From Paraspadella gotoi (Eukaryota; Animalia; Chaetognatha): a DNA stretch of 29,634 nt. The DNA lies in contig JBJCIZ010000501.1 in the NCBI GenBank assembly GCA_051294375.1, positions 1 through 29,634 on the forward strand. Direction: 5' to 3'. The notes below the pieces were generated by a model, which searched no databases, was not told where the DNA came from, and was given only the letters and a program-made list of their open reading frames with translations. The translations under genes were made by a program, and so were the position numbers. Shown here in pieces: positions 11,671 through 22,515 of the stretch; the first letter of the stretch is position 1, and each line of letters starts with the position of its first letter.

Positions 11671-12025
11671 TGTTTCCTTCCCTTAATTGATCTCGTTTTG
11701 AAGCCTCCTGGATCCACCTTTGCTCCTCAGCTTCCTCTCCCCCTGTCCGGTTGCTGTGATCGGCAAAACAGGAACGGGGTCTCGAGATGGTAAGGTTGGG
11801 CCGCCCTTAATCCATTTCAGGTCAGGATTGAAGACGCAAGTCACGTGGAACTTTTTTTAAACAGGACTTTGGGGTAAAAGCGTCGCGACAGGGAGAAGAG
11901 AGGAGGGAGAGAAAGAGAAGAGAGGCGTGGTTCGTTTTTAGTTCGAGCAAACCGAGTAATAATTCAAATTCCGCTGCTTATATTTTCTTGGCGTTGTAAT
12001 TTCGACAAGCAAACTTTAGAAAACA
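11671..12025 (+). repeat. Putative 3' LTR (TG...CA, ~355 bp)
   Basis: Starts with TGT after the PPT. The candidate end is AAAACA at 12020-12025. No second copy was found in the window, so the right boundary is a guess. Confidence 0.4.
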
Positions 12026-12079
12026 TTTTTTTTTTCTATTGCAGTAACATCAGACTCTTCATCACGGCTTTTTCTCGCC

Positions 12080-13850
12080 ACATGAAACGCCGTGCACGGC
12101 CCGCTATTCAAATGGAACGCCGTTCGCGACAGACATAACTGCTTGAAACGGTGAACTATTTCGGGCGAATGCGTTCAATCGTTGATCATTATTGGCCAGA
12201 AAATTAAATGCGATTATAGTATTTGCCCAATGTGTTATGTGGGTGTTTGTGTACAGATTAGCCAAAAATAGGACCAAATCCAATTGAAAAAAAATTCGGC
12301 GTCTGATCGCTTAGCAAAATCATCGCGCTTGTTTTACAGTACATCGACAGTAAATATTGGACAAATTCTTTTCATGAAAGTTAATTTTTTTAATTTAATT
12401 TTTCGGCCATCATATTCACAGAAGAGTAACAGTAGTTTCTCATACAGCTCACGCAATAATTTAAACCCTAGCTTAGAACAACGCAAATTGGTACAGACAA
12501 CAAAAAGACGAGGGCGCAAGTTAATGGTCACTTTGCGGGACTTTAAGTCCTACCAAACCTAAAAAAATTATACACCACAAAATAAAGAAAAATATATACC
12601 AAGCAAAATTGTTTATCTGTCACTCTATGGTTATATAACTAGGGTTTCCTCACGTTTTGTTCAGCATTTGTGATTTAAAATTGAACCCCACTGGTTTCAA
12701 GCAACCCCCAAGGCACCGTTAAAGTCGACAAACAATACTGACCAAGAAATGGCTATTCTAGAAAAACATGTGTGTAATCAGTTCCTTTTTTCTATTCTTT
12801 CTTCAAATAAAAAAAGGTACGGAGTAAGACCCGTAATCGAACCCTGGTCGAATGCAAAGAAAAAAATTAGTAAATTTGGCAAGCTCTTGAAGCTTAAAAA
12901 ATATTTCAAGGCATTTTGTTCAGAACAATTACGCGTCTTCATTCGCGATATTTTCCCAAAAGTCAACTTCTTTGGTCCTCGGAGTTTCGCCAGAAGTATG
13001 GGATATGTTTAGAAGAGGCATTCATGTAGCTATCGATTCATACGTGAAAGAATGTCCCATCGTCGTCAAAGGAAAAGAAACTCTTTAAATTTATTTTCGA
13101 AATAAATTTAATGCTTAACAGATATTAAATCTAATAGGAAGTCCAAATCTAATGTCACCGTACGCGTCATACCCTCTTGCAAATTGACTGCGAGTCAACT
13201 AAATTAAACATGTAATTCCCATTCGGAATTTACATCTCTTGGCCGAAAAACACTTTTGTCCGTTGTGCAACAAAAAAGTACAACGAAATCAGGCGATTAG
13301 TTTAACCATAAAATGTTAACTAAGGATATTCAGATGCCAACAATTTTGTTCGTGAAAGCGACTGGTTCAGTTGCATTTGTCAAGCAAGATTCTATTAATT
13401 AAAATCTATCCCAAACTTTTTACCGGGATTACACGGAGGTCAAAGCTGGCCTTTTTCTGATATTATTCTTAAGTTCAGTCGGACGATTAGAAACGCAATA
13501 AAGTTTAATGTTTAATTCCACCTCGCTGGGCAAATTTTCAAAGAAACGAGGACATTCAATTGATGTTAAAATGTAGCGAGCTGTTTACTATTGTGGCTTT
13601 TTTGAAAAAAAATTTTAAATGTTGCTTTTTTAAAGAAAGAAAAAAAGAATATTTTAAAAATATTCTGCTCCAGCTTGAAAGAAAGACAGGAACCAGCGGA
13701 AGAGTCCGGGAACGTGAATTTGACAAATGCCCACAGCAAACCGGCGGCCTTCTGATTAATCATCTCAGTTACCAATTAATGTTTCAATTCCAAAACTATA
13801 TGTTACGTTATTGGCCAAGGACGATAATTCCAAATCACGACAGGTACATT
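12080..13850 (-). pseudogene. Exonuclease paralog A: MUT-7/EXD/WRN-exo-like DEDDy 3'-5' exonuclease, heavily disrupted
   Basis: LKYFLSFKSLPNLLIFFFAFDQG (FAFD at 12847-12858) aligns with LRDFLSLALTGRLRFLLAIGFDTEG of copy D. RLF...SKLGF (KLGF at 12463-12474) resembles the MUT-7/EXD3 'LF.dp.ilKlGf' segment. A possible ExoIII remnant GQIL*S lies at ~12210-12230. Many in-frame stops. Confidence 0.5.
12559..12599 (-). other. Probable 41-nt spliceosomal intron in paralog A
   Basis: The minus strand reads GTATATATTTTTC...AATTTTTTTAG. It is very T-rich and lies between two coding-like segments. Confidence 0.5.
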
Positions 13851-13945
13851 TTTTAAGTTCAGTCTTATCTCTTACAATTAACCAATAAAAAAAACGGTAA
13901 ATTACAATTTTATAAAGGAAAATTTCACAAAAGTCTGGGTAACTC

Positions 13946-15670
13946 ATGGCTGCGTTCGTTTCGTCGATTTGAGCCTCAACAGATGACGCCTTTGCCTATT
14001 CCAAACTGAAGCTGGAAGCAGCGCACGACCGTCGTCTACATCGTCACTGATGCCATTGTATCGATTGGAATGAAGACAAGGCGTCTAATCGCCAATATCA
14101 AAAATTGATGGAAAGTCTGGCTACATAACAGGAGAAAACTTGCTCGGGGTTCTTGGGAGACGTTTCCAGTGTCGCCACACATTACCTTCACCAGCTTTTT
14201 AAAAAAGAAGCACCATCGCCCTCTTTTATAAAGCCCACACCAGCGAACTTGCGAGAACTATATTTCTTGAGAAGTAGATATGGTATTATTCTCATGGCGC
14301 AAACTGAAAACAATATTTATCCACAAGAATGCAAAATTTAAATCTGTGGGTTGAAAATGGACGCAACAAATACCTAATGCAACTTGCCTCAAAAAAGTTC
14401 AAGTTTTCCGTTGGATATCCATTAACTTTCCAGTTATGCATGATAGTTTATGAAATTGGTAAAGTCGTCGATTGTCAAGAATTCTTTCGCGAATATACTT
14501 TTAACGACACTGTCGGTGTACCTAAGGTTGGATATTTCGCACCAAGCCAATCATTTGAGCTCTGTTATGCCTAATCGTAGAATTCGCATTGAATGGGCTT
14601 CGTAGATAATGCTTTGTTATGCCGAACCCGATCAAAATTCCTACAGATTCAGGGCTGCTATTTGGCATTCCTTGCTCGCACCCATCCTCTACTTACCGAA
14701 AACCCAGCCAGCGCACCACCACCACCACCCAGTTTCTGGGGATCATCTTACGACCCAGTTTGGAGAGCAAATTGCAAAAATGTCAGAAATTGAAACCAAT
14801 GATTCACCCTACAAAAAAATTACCCACAAGGAGGTTCGAGCGAAAACTCGGAGAAATAGAAGAGTATATATTAGATTCGCAATTAGCAGGACAAAAACAT
14901 AAACTACACGCCGATTTGGAATGTGAGGTAGCAAAGCTGTTGGATCGAACCACTGGCAAACGCGTTAAAGTTTTTTAGACTTCCAATTAAGTGCGACGAA
15001 ACCAATCCATCAATAACCAAAATTCTTTAGGCGAAGCCTTAAAATGTACCTCCGAGCCCGATTCATCGGTAAAAAAGAAAGAATAATTGTTTAATAATCT
15101 TATCTCGTGCATCAAGGACCGCGTGATCCAGGGTTAACGTAATAGCTTCGGCCGAGCTGCGAGAGAAGTCCTCAAAAGGTTTGGGTGAGTTTAGGCCCAT
15201 TTTCCCAAATTGGTCAATGGTCGACTGACAAACTAGAATTTAATGTGGTTAAACAATTAGTTCAGCCACTACCTTTGGATTTTTTTATCAAAAGGAAAAA
15301 AGAAGAACGGGACTTTTCCCCGACTTGAAATAACGGCCGTCCGATAAAATTCTGTTTATCAGACAGCCGACGAACAACCAATTTAAAAAATCTGTGCGAC
15401 AAATTGTTAAGAACCTCTGAAGAGCGGAATTTATTGTAGAGAGCCTCACCTCGATTCCGCTTGACACGGTTTGGTTAAGTTCAGCGGTTAATTGGAGTTA
15501 AATAAAAGTTCGTGTGTAAACGTGCTCAATCTGCAGCAAAAGGTAAGGAACGGCAAAGGACATCAATAAATCATGGATTAAGCTTTCAATGATGAATGGC
15601 CCGGGAGAATGGAGACATAAATGGAAACAATAAACTATTTAAGAAAACCCCGACAACTGGCTTATGAATA
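13946..15670 (+). pseudogene. Exonuclease paralog B: DEDDy-like exonuclease with a C-terminal extension, disrupted
   Basis: Motifs occur in the expected order: FKK..PSFIKP..NLREL, ILMAQTE (ExoI position, ~14288-14308), LMQLAS (14374-14391), PKVGY (14521-14535), GFVD (14596-14607), RFERKLGEIEEYILDS (ExoIII position, ~14832-14879). Candidate ATG at 13946. Confidence 0.62.
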
Positions 15671-15858
15671 ATCATATCACGTGATCTGTAATAAGAAAGC
15701 AAAGGTTATACAAAAATAACAGATTGATGATTGATGATAATTAATCCATAGTTTTATCATAAGTAAAAGTTTTAATTGAATTAACACGGACGAAAATGGA
15801 ACCTACTTCCATCCGACATTTTGCAAAAAGTTTGAGTCCAACACAGCTTTCCTCCTTA

Positions 15859-17466
15859 CTAAGACTGAGCGTACCGCTCAGTGGTCGGACCCCTTGACGA
15901 GAACGGGGCGATCTTTCGCGGCAGAGGGACTCGCTCGCGTCCTCTTTCAACGGTTTTGGAGATCTTACGCAAAGCGAAGAGACAGGTCATTTTCTCACCA
16001 AATTTGTTAGACGAGAAGTGGCGAAGAATGGCCGATGGGTAGAACTTGAGCCGATGGAACCGGAGTCGCCGAAAAATGCCGAGCACGGCGGCAAAACTTG
16101 GCCTTTAGTGACGATGTTTCTTCGGCCACAGATCGAATTGAAGGACGAAGATCGCGCTCGGTAAACAGATTTCTGCGAATGTCGAACACTTGGAAGGGGA
16201 CCACTTGAGGTCGTCAGTGAAAAATTCGACCGTACGCTTTTTTGTAGAATAAGAAGAACGGACACTATTGGAAAGGTCCATGAACAAATTTGGAGCAAAT
16301 TCAGGCCCATAGCCGTAGGTTGAGGTTATGGAGAAGTGAAAGACGTGCTCTTGTCGACCGCGGAAGGTTATAAAAAGTCAATTTCGTCTTTACCGCGTAT
16401 GTATCCAAAGGAACGATGAGTGGGACGGCAGGAAAAATATTTCGCTTGTGGAGGCTTGTGGTCTGAGATCTCTTAGAAGATTTCTGTCATTGACCAATAC
16501 GACCGTCTCCGCAATCCGCAATTAGATTGTGGAGTGGGGATGAAAGGGGAGCGCATATGGTCCCTAAAAAAATCTTCTCCCCATAAATAGGATTTCTTTT
16601 TCGCCGTGAGTTTTCAGAAGAAAAGGAGGCGGAGATTCAGATGGGTCTTAGCGACGTAAAATCTGCGCATTTTCTGAAAATTTCGTCGTCACCTTGCTGA
16701 ATGAAGACGCAAATAGCCGTAAAAGTCGTATTTCTCAACTTGGCCAGAGCCAAGTATCTCCATCACGCGCTCGTTTTCCGTTGCGCATTAAGAATGTCGT
16801 AACGACGGGGAAAGACGTAAACTTTTTTTTCGGCGGCATACTTCATAAAATTTTAACACTGGATTGCGCCTTGAAAATGAATTAGGCAAAAATCGTTCCT
16901 TCTGGATTTTGAGAATGAGGACCTGGTCGAGTTTCCGTTGAAGGGCATCGTCGTTGTTTTTCCCAGTTTTCGAGAAGGAGCGGATGACGAGGGCGTTTTC
17001 GGTGGAACGGAAATTTTGCGAGGACCAACGCTTCAAGGGATTGATTGTCGTAGGGAAGACGTAAAAAGTAATCCAGCCTGTAAAAACGGGAACGTAGAGA
17101 ATTGTAAACTGGCACATTGGCAGTGGAGACGTTCCTCGACCTTAGCTTTCCAGACCGGCAATGTAGCGCTTGGCCCTGGGCGTGAATTTTTTCGCGCATC
17201 TACTCATCGTTGGTTTGAAACCTTAAGCGCGAGCACACCTTCTCAAAACTCTTCCTCCCGCACGGATCTCAGGTTTTAATCCAAGAACCGCTTTCGGTTC
17301 CGAGGAAGGGGAATGGGTTTGAAGGGGAGGTTTGGGACTTGGAAGTGAGGATTGGGGGAAGGGAGAGACATAAGAGAGGGTTGGTAAGGACTGGAACAAA
17401 GGTGGGGGGGGATGAAGAAAGAGGCTGAAGAAATGGGGGATACAATAAATTGGATAAGATAGCCAA
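15859..17466 (-). pseudogene. Exonuclease paralog C: DEDDy-like exonuclease, frameshifted
   Basis: Collinear with copy D (C/D pairs): ILYVP..FY..INP / VLDLP..IY..HNP; QKERFLPNSFS / DKDRYENFEFS; YVFPRRYDI / FIHPRFYDI; AI....QGDD (~16685-16717) / AIGFDTEGDD; IFPA / IFPA; FMDLSN (~16267-16284) / FIRLSN. PSIRSV and TPVPSAQV (~16043-16066) fall near the ExoIII position. Confidence 0.68.
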
Positions 17467-17697
17467 ATTCTACAGAATCTTTCAGAATTATTTATTATTT
17501 TAATTTAGTGTTATAAGGAAAGATTTATTAATTATCAGTGTCCGGTTAAATTAGCCATATCTTTATCATTATCGGTATCACTATAGTTTTTCAGAAACAG
17601 AAATAGCGGAATCATAACTTATATCGAAATTGGTCAAGGTAATCGTTATGAGGATTCATCATACTACATTTATCCGTCTTTTCGTACCTTTAAGGTT

Positions 17698-19100
17698 TCA
17701 TGGAGCAGGCGCATAAAGGGTCGGAAAATTGAGGGCATCGTCAGCTGGAGCGTCGAATATCGAAGGCTCTGAATAATGTAGAGTCTCGACGACGAGCTCA
17801 TCCGATCTTTGGCTGCGGCGTACTCGTATCTCGAAGGTTGGCCATTCCTTTCGCGAGTGAGCTTAGCCAGAGCGATTCTCCCTTTCGTTTAGCCGTAAAC
17901 GCTTCCTCCAATTCAGCGGCCAGTTTCACCCGCTTCTTTTCATCGCTTCTTTTTCCCTTATTCTAGGCGATGAAATTCCTCGTTTCTCTTCTCCCGCAGC
18001 TTTCGGCTCCGTTTTTGGGTCGTTCCAGAGCCTGGACGATAGCCTTAAGGGATGGACAATAATAGGATTTCCGGATCAATTAAGTGTTGAATGAAACTGG
18101 GCGAGGCGACACCGAGGAATGTCGTGAGAAGGATCAAGACCCGGTTTGGTAGGCCAGCCAGCGCAATCTAGCGCAGCATAGCAAAGCTGTGATGGTGATA
18201 AGAGGGACTTTTTCTCCTCGAAGTCCTGCCCAAATGGTTACAGATGAAAGGATCTTTTAATCCAACATCCCACTCGGGTTTCGCGAAATGGTGATTAAAT
18301 CTTAGAGAAGGGGAGTCAAGACGCCGTGGATTGGCTGTCGAGGGAAACCCACTTCAGTAGTGACGGGGGCCTTTAGCGTAGTTGGCGCAGAAGTGGTACA
18401 TGTTAGATAATCTAATGAAACTTTAAATTTTCCTTTTTCTCTAGAGGGATCGAAAAGTTGTGCGACGATTCTGGATAAGTCTTTTTTCGAACATCCTTGC
18501 CAATAAAGACAGCAATAGGGAATGCTTGATGAGCCGACCAGTTCGTCGGCAGGGAAAATACGAACAAGCACAGACATTCCGATAGTGGATTCCAAACTGG
18601 AAAACAATCACCATTCGACTCCGTTGAATCTCTGATGCCATTTGGAGAGTGGCGTCATCGCCCTCAGTGTCGAAACCGATAGCCAGAAGGAATCTGAGAC
18701 GTCCCGTCAAAGCGAGACTCAAAAAATCCCGTAAGCGGTGTTTTCTCGCGATATCGTAGAATCGGGGATGTATGAATGTTGATCGACGCGAGGTTTTGAT
18801 CTTGAAACTGGCGCTGAATGCGCTGAATTCGAAGTTCTCATAACGATCTTTATCCAAGTTGTTTTTGGTCCGTTTTGACGCGACGGGTTATGGCGAAGGA
18901 AGGGATGATAAATCACCTCGACGTCTTCGAGGTCTGGCAAATCGAGGACGAATACCTGATACACCATTCCTCATATAGCTCTCCGTTATTCCAGTCCGCT
19001 TCGGGCGAGTATTGGTCCTTGAGAGCAAAAATTTTCCGACGCGAACGATACGTTTTCTTTTTGCCCTCTTGCCCTCCCACGTCTCTTTCGGACACGAGGG
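17698..19100 (-). pseudogene. Exonuclease paralog D: WRN-exo/MUT-7/EXD-type DEDDy 3'-5' exonuclease with a C-terminal coiled coil; catalytic motifs intact but frameshifted
   Basis: ExoI: AIGFDTEGDDATLQMAS (GFDTE at 18663-18677). ExoII: GCSKKDLSRI (D at ~18480). ExoIII: QDFEEKKSLLSPSQLCYAALDC (YAALD at 18166-18180). A charged helix EKKRVKLAAELEEAF follows at ~17890-18000. Confidence 0.8.
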
Positions 19101-19631
19101 AAACGAGTTAATAGGGGCAGTTTACTGATTTTTGAATGAAAAGCTTAATGTAAACTTGCTGGATAAGAAGGGGAAAAACTATATAGCTACATTTTCAATG
19201 CAAATTAAATCGATTGACTTAAATGAAAGCCCACAATGAGATAAAGTAAAATCAAACTTCATATTTGCTGCTATAAATAAAAAACCCAAATACTTTTGAA
19301 AACTTAAAGAATGATATCTCCGTTGGTTTAGCACGTAATCTAGACAAGCTAAGAGTACTTGACAGTGAAGAAAGGCTAGCGAGGACAATTATTCATTCAA
19401 GGCTACAGGCGTTCTTCACAATCTGTTCGCAGCAAGTATAACTAATTGAACTGCTGTATGTTTTAGACATTGTTTTGACTCATAGGTAAAGCTTGACGGT
19501 AACGAAATAGATAAAAATACTAATACAACGTGCTGAAGAATAGCACCAAAATAGCTTCAATTGGTTGCAAATTTGTAAATATCCTTTTAAAAGCAGTTAA
19601 AAATTAAGCATGTCGGTTTTTTTTGAAAATA

Positions 19632-20764
19632 NNNNNNNNNNNNNNNNNNNNNNNNNTTCAAATTCCTTTAATGATAGACCCTTAAGCTTATGATGTGGGT
19701 CCCCTTAAAATGGAAAAAAACAAAAGTCATATTTATTCGAAGTATTTTTACTTAAATTTACTCATAATTATTATGTTTGTAGGTAGGACTGGCGAGTCTC
19801 TCGAGATTCGCTCATTGATAGTTGTAGATAGATTCGTTCAGAAGGTTGGAAATAAATCCGACGTTGGGATCATCAATGTAGGTAGGGCGAAAAGTAACTC
19901 ACTTTGACGCCAGATCCTAAGGACGCGTTTCGACGGACAACTGGAGGCGTTAGAGGCGCTGCTGAAGGTCGTAGTAAAGCGGAAGACTCTGGCGGACGTT
20001 GACCGGAAGTTACGCCAAATTTAGCGCGCGTGGCGTAAAGGAATCGGGAGGCGAAACTTCGACCGAGTTTAAAAAGGGAGTAGTCTCCAGAGTTGANNNN
20101 NNNNNNNNNNNNNNNNNNNNNNNNNNNNNNNNNNNNNNNNNNNNNNNNNNNNNNNNNNNNNNNNNNNNNNNNNNNNNNNNNNNNNNAGACGAGAGATGGC
20201 AATAGATATCTATAATGCTTGGATTATTAGTTTTTATGCTAATAAACCAAAAATAAAGATTGGTTACCGAAACTTTTGATCAAACTATAATGCAATTAAT
20301 TATTGGATTAATCATAACAATCAATAACAATGAAAATAGTGAAACGACTGTTGAGACTACTCATAGGTAAAATATTACTGAGTAGTTCTGGCGAGTTCTA
20401 TAGTTTGTAAATAAGATTTAGAAGCTAGANNNNNNNNNNNNNNNNNNNNNNNNNNNNNNNNNNNNNNNNNNNNNNNNNNNNNNNNNNNNNNNNNNNNNNN
20501 NNNNNNNNNNNNNNNNNNNNNNNNNNNNNNNNNNNNNNNNNNNNNNNNNNNNNNNNNNNNNNNNNNNNNNNNNNNNNNNNNNNNNNNNNNNNNNNNNNNN
20601 NNNNNNNNNNNNNNNNNNNNNNNNNNNNNNNNNNNNNNNNNNNNNNNNNNNNNNNNNNNNNNNNNNNNNNNNNNNNNNNNNNNNNNNNNNNNNNNNNNNN
20701 NNNNNNNNNNNNNNNNNNNNNNNNNNNNNNNNNNNNNNNNNNNNNNNNNNNNNNNNNNNNNNNN
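19632..20764. other. Assembly gap region (N-runs at 19632-19656, 20097-20185, 20430-20764)
   Basis: Runs of n. Further gaps occur at 23122-23131 and 23779-23803. Confidence 0.99.
19782..20096 (+). other. Exon-like fragment of an unidentified gene, truncated by a gap
   Basis: GC-richer block after a TTTGTAG acceptor-like site. It reads RTRFDGQLEALEALLKVVVKRKTLADVDRKLRQI. No family recognised. Confidence 0.3.
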
Positions 20765-21456
20765 AGCGAATTTTTTAACTTCAGTGGTGGCGACGATGGT
20801 TAACGACTAGCCAGTGGATTACTCGTTTTTTATTGTTTTAAAATTAATTAGAAATTGAATGAAAACAAATCGAAGTAATTTCTGAGTGAATATATATATC
20901 GGTCTTGGCCGATAGACGTCACCAATAATTCTTGGAAAGGATTTCACAGGATGGTGGAAGAGAAAAATTATTTGACTTTGTTATGATTAAAGCTCTTTGT
21001 TTAGTTTGTTAACAAATAAAAAAAAGATTTTTATATTATGTCACTATGTATGATATGAAAAGCATAGTAAAAACTCATCGAATTTCAACCGATTTCAATC
21101 AACCAGATTTAGTTCCTAATGATACATCTTATTACTAATCAGTTATTAATTAAATCTCATCCGCATTTGTCCGCCCTTTTTAAAAATTTAAAAATGCTTT
21201 TCATTCCAAAAATAATAAAAAAGAAGTCAATATTCTTCAGAAATTACAATATGATTCTTTTCTTTGTATATTTAGCAAATATATACCTATTACTTATAAT
21301 ATAATAAAGAAAAAATATTAAGTTGGGTCAATTTCTTTTTAATATCAAAATTATAAATCAAAGGTTGTTCAACTACCATAAATGATTTTTTTAAGAACCA
21401 AATTTGGCGGTAAATAAATTTTTTTTCCATATTTTTTCATCGCGGAATCGTCTCGT

Positions 21457-21999
21457 AACCGATCGACGGAGCGAACGATCTTCGAAGCATTTTTTTTTTG
21501 ATTAGGTAAAAAAGTAATAAATTATGGATGACGAGTTGACGAGAATTAACGCCTCTCTCTCTGCAGACCGTTCAAATCCATTGGATCGTCCGTCTCTCTT
21601 TCTCTCTCTCTCTCTCAGGCGACAAGGAAAACCGAATCGAAAAAAAAAACCGTTAACTGACGACTATGGAATAAGCGCTCTATCGTCTTAATAGGTAAAA
21701 AATAAAAACATTAGCGATTAAATTATATGTACATATATTTACAAATTATCCTCGAAAATGAACAATGATGGAATAGAAAATTTTTTATACATGTATTTAT
21801 AAATTATCGTCAAAATGAGCGACAACGGAATACAAAAGCAAAAAAATTCGAATTACTCGTGATAAGACCGATGGATTGGAATAAAATTTTGTGTGTGGGT
21901 AGGAAAGTGTGTGATTAAGCTAGATATGAAGTTTTGATGAAATTGTGCGATCATCATCATTTTTATTATGTTATGATTTGTGATGATCAGTTATGTTTG

Positions 22000-22041
<42 letters not shown>

Positions 22042-22515
22042 GTCAACTAAAATTTAAAATAATCTTCAGAGTAAAAAAAAGAATAGAAGACATAGTAAAA
22101 AATAACTTTCTGTTTCCCGCTGTAATTCAAAAGATTAAAAAAATGCCATCAATCGCCATTCACTTTATGCTACAAAAAAGATAAAGACTTGTCCTAATAT
22201 TTCCTTAAATTCTTTGGGTTTTCTTGTAATAAACATGGCCCCATTTCTTAAACCGTCGATCGACCGATCGACCCGACCGAGCACCACCGACCGGTCTTCG
22301 AAAGGTTTTTTTGTTCGGTCAAGGTAAATTAAATTAAAATAAAATTAAATTACGAAATGAAGAAATGTCGTCGACGGGGAATTAATCTCTCTCTCTCTCT
22401 CTCTCTCCCCGCGGATGATTCGAATCCGAATCCCTTCGCATTTCGGATCTTTCTCTCTCTCTCTCTCTCTTTATCTCTGGTGCTCTCTCTCTCTCTCTCT
22501 CTCCCCCTCTCTTTT
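21457..22515. repeat. Two diverged copies of a ~160-260 bp interspersed repeat (21457-21617 and 22250-22515)
   Basis: Both read AACCG(A)TCGA..TCTTCGAA..polyT..AGGTAAA..GACG.GAATTAA.(CT)n..TTC.AATCC..GGATC..(CT)n. Confidence 0.6.

Larger units (their letters stand above)
4362..12025 (+). mobile_element. BEL/Pao-family LTR retrotransposon, frameshifted; 5' boundary not resolved
   Basis: Domain order is Gag - Zn knuckles - PR - RT - RH - IN - DUF5641. Pao-diagnostic motifs read across frames: LFDSGS, PGKVR, LLRF(R), GGF.L.KW.SN, VASLYD.LG, AYGAV, SRVAP, RLEL, LVGGRL, RAVHLEV, GDVVLV...PR..W. Confidence 0.96.

Noticed and set aside
13945-13948. Overlapping divergent ATGs (CATG) for A and B
   Set aside because: The minus ORF from 13947 runs through AT-rich spacer and is not protein-like at its start. 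CATG is common by chance.
14714-14730. Poly-His tract in ORF 14609-14902
   Set aside because: It is a (CAC)n run that reads H, P or T depending on frame, and the true frame is unknown.
12026-19100. Polinton/Maverick or large DNA virus insertion
   Set aside because: No pPolB, packaging ATPase, capsid, protease or terminal inverted repeats were recognised. The ORFs are better explained as exonuclease paralogs, and one has a probable intron.
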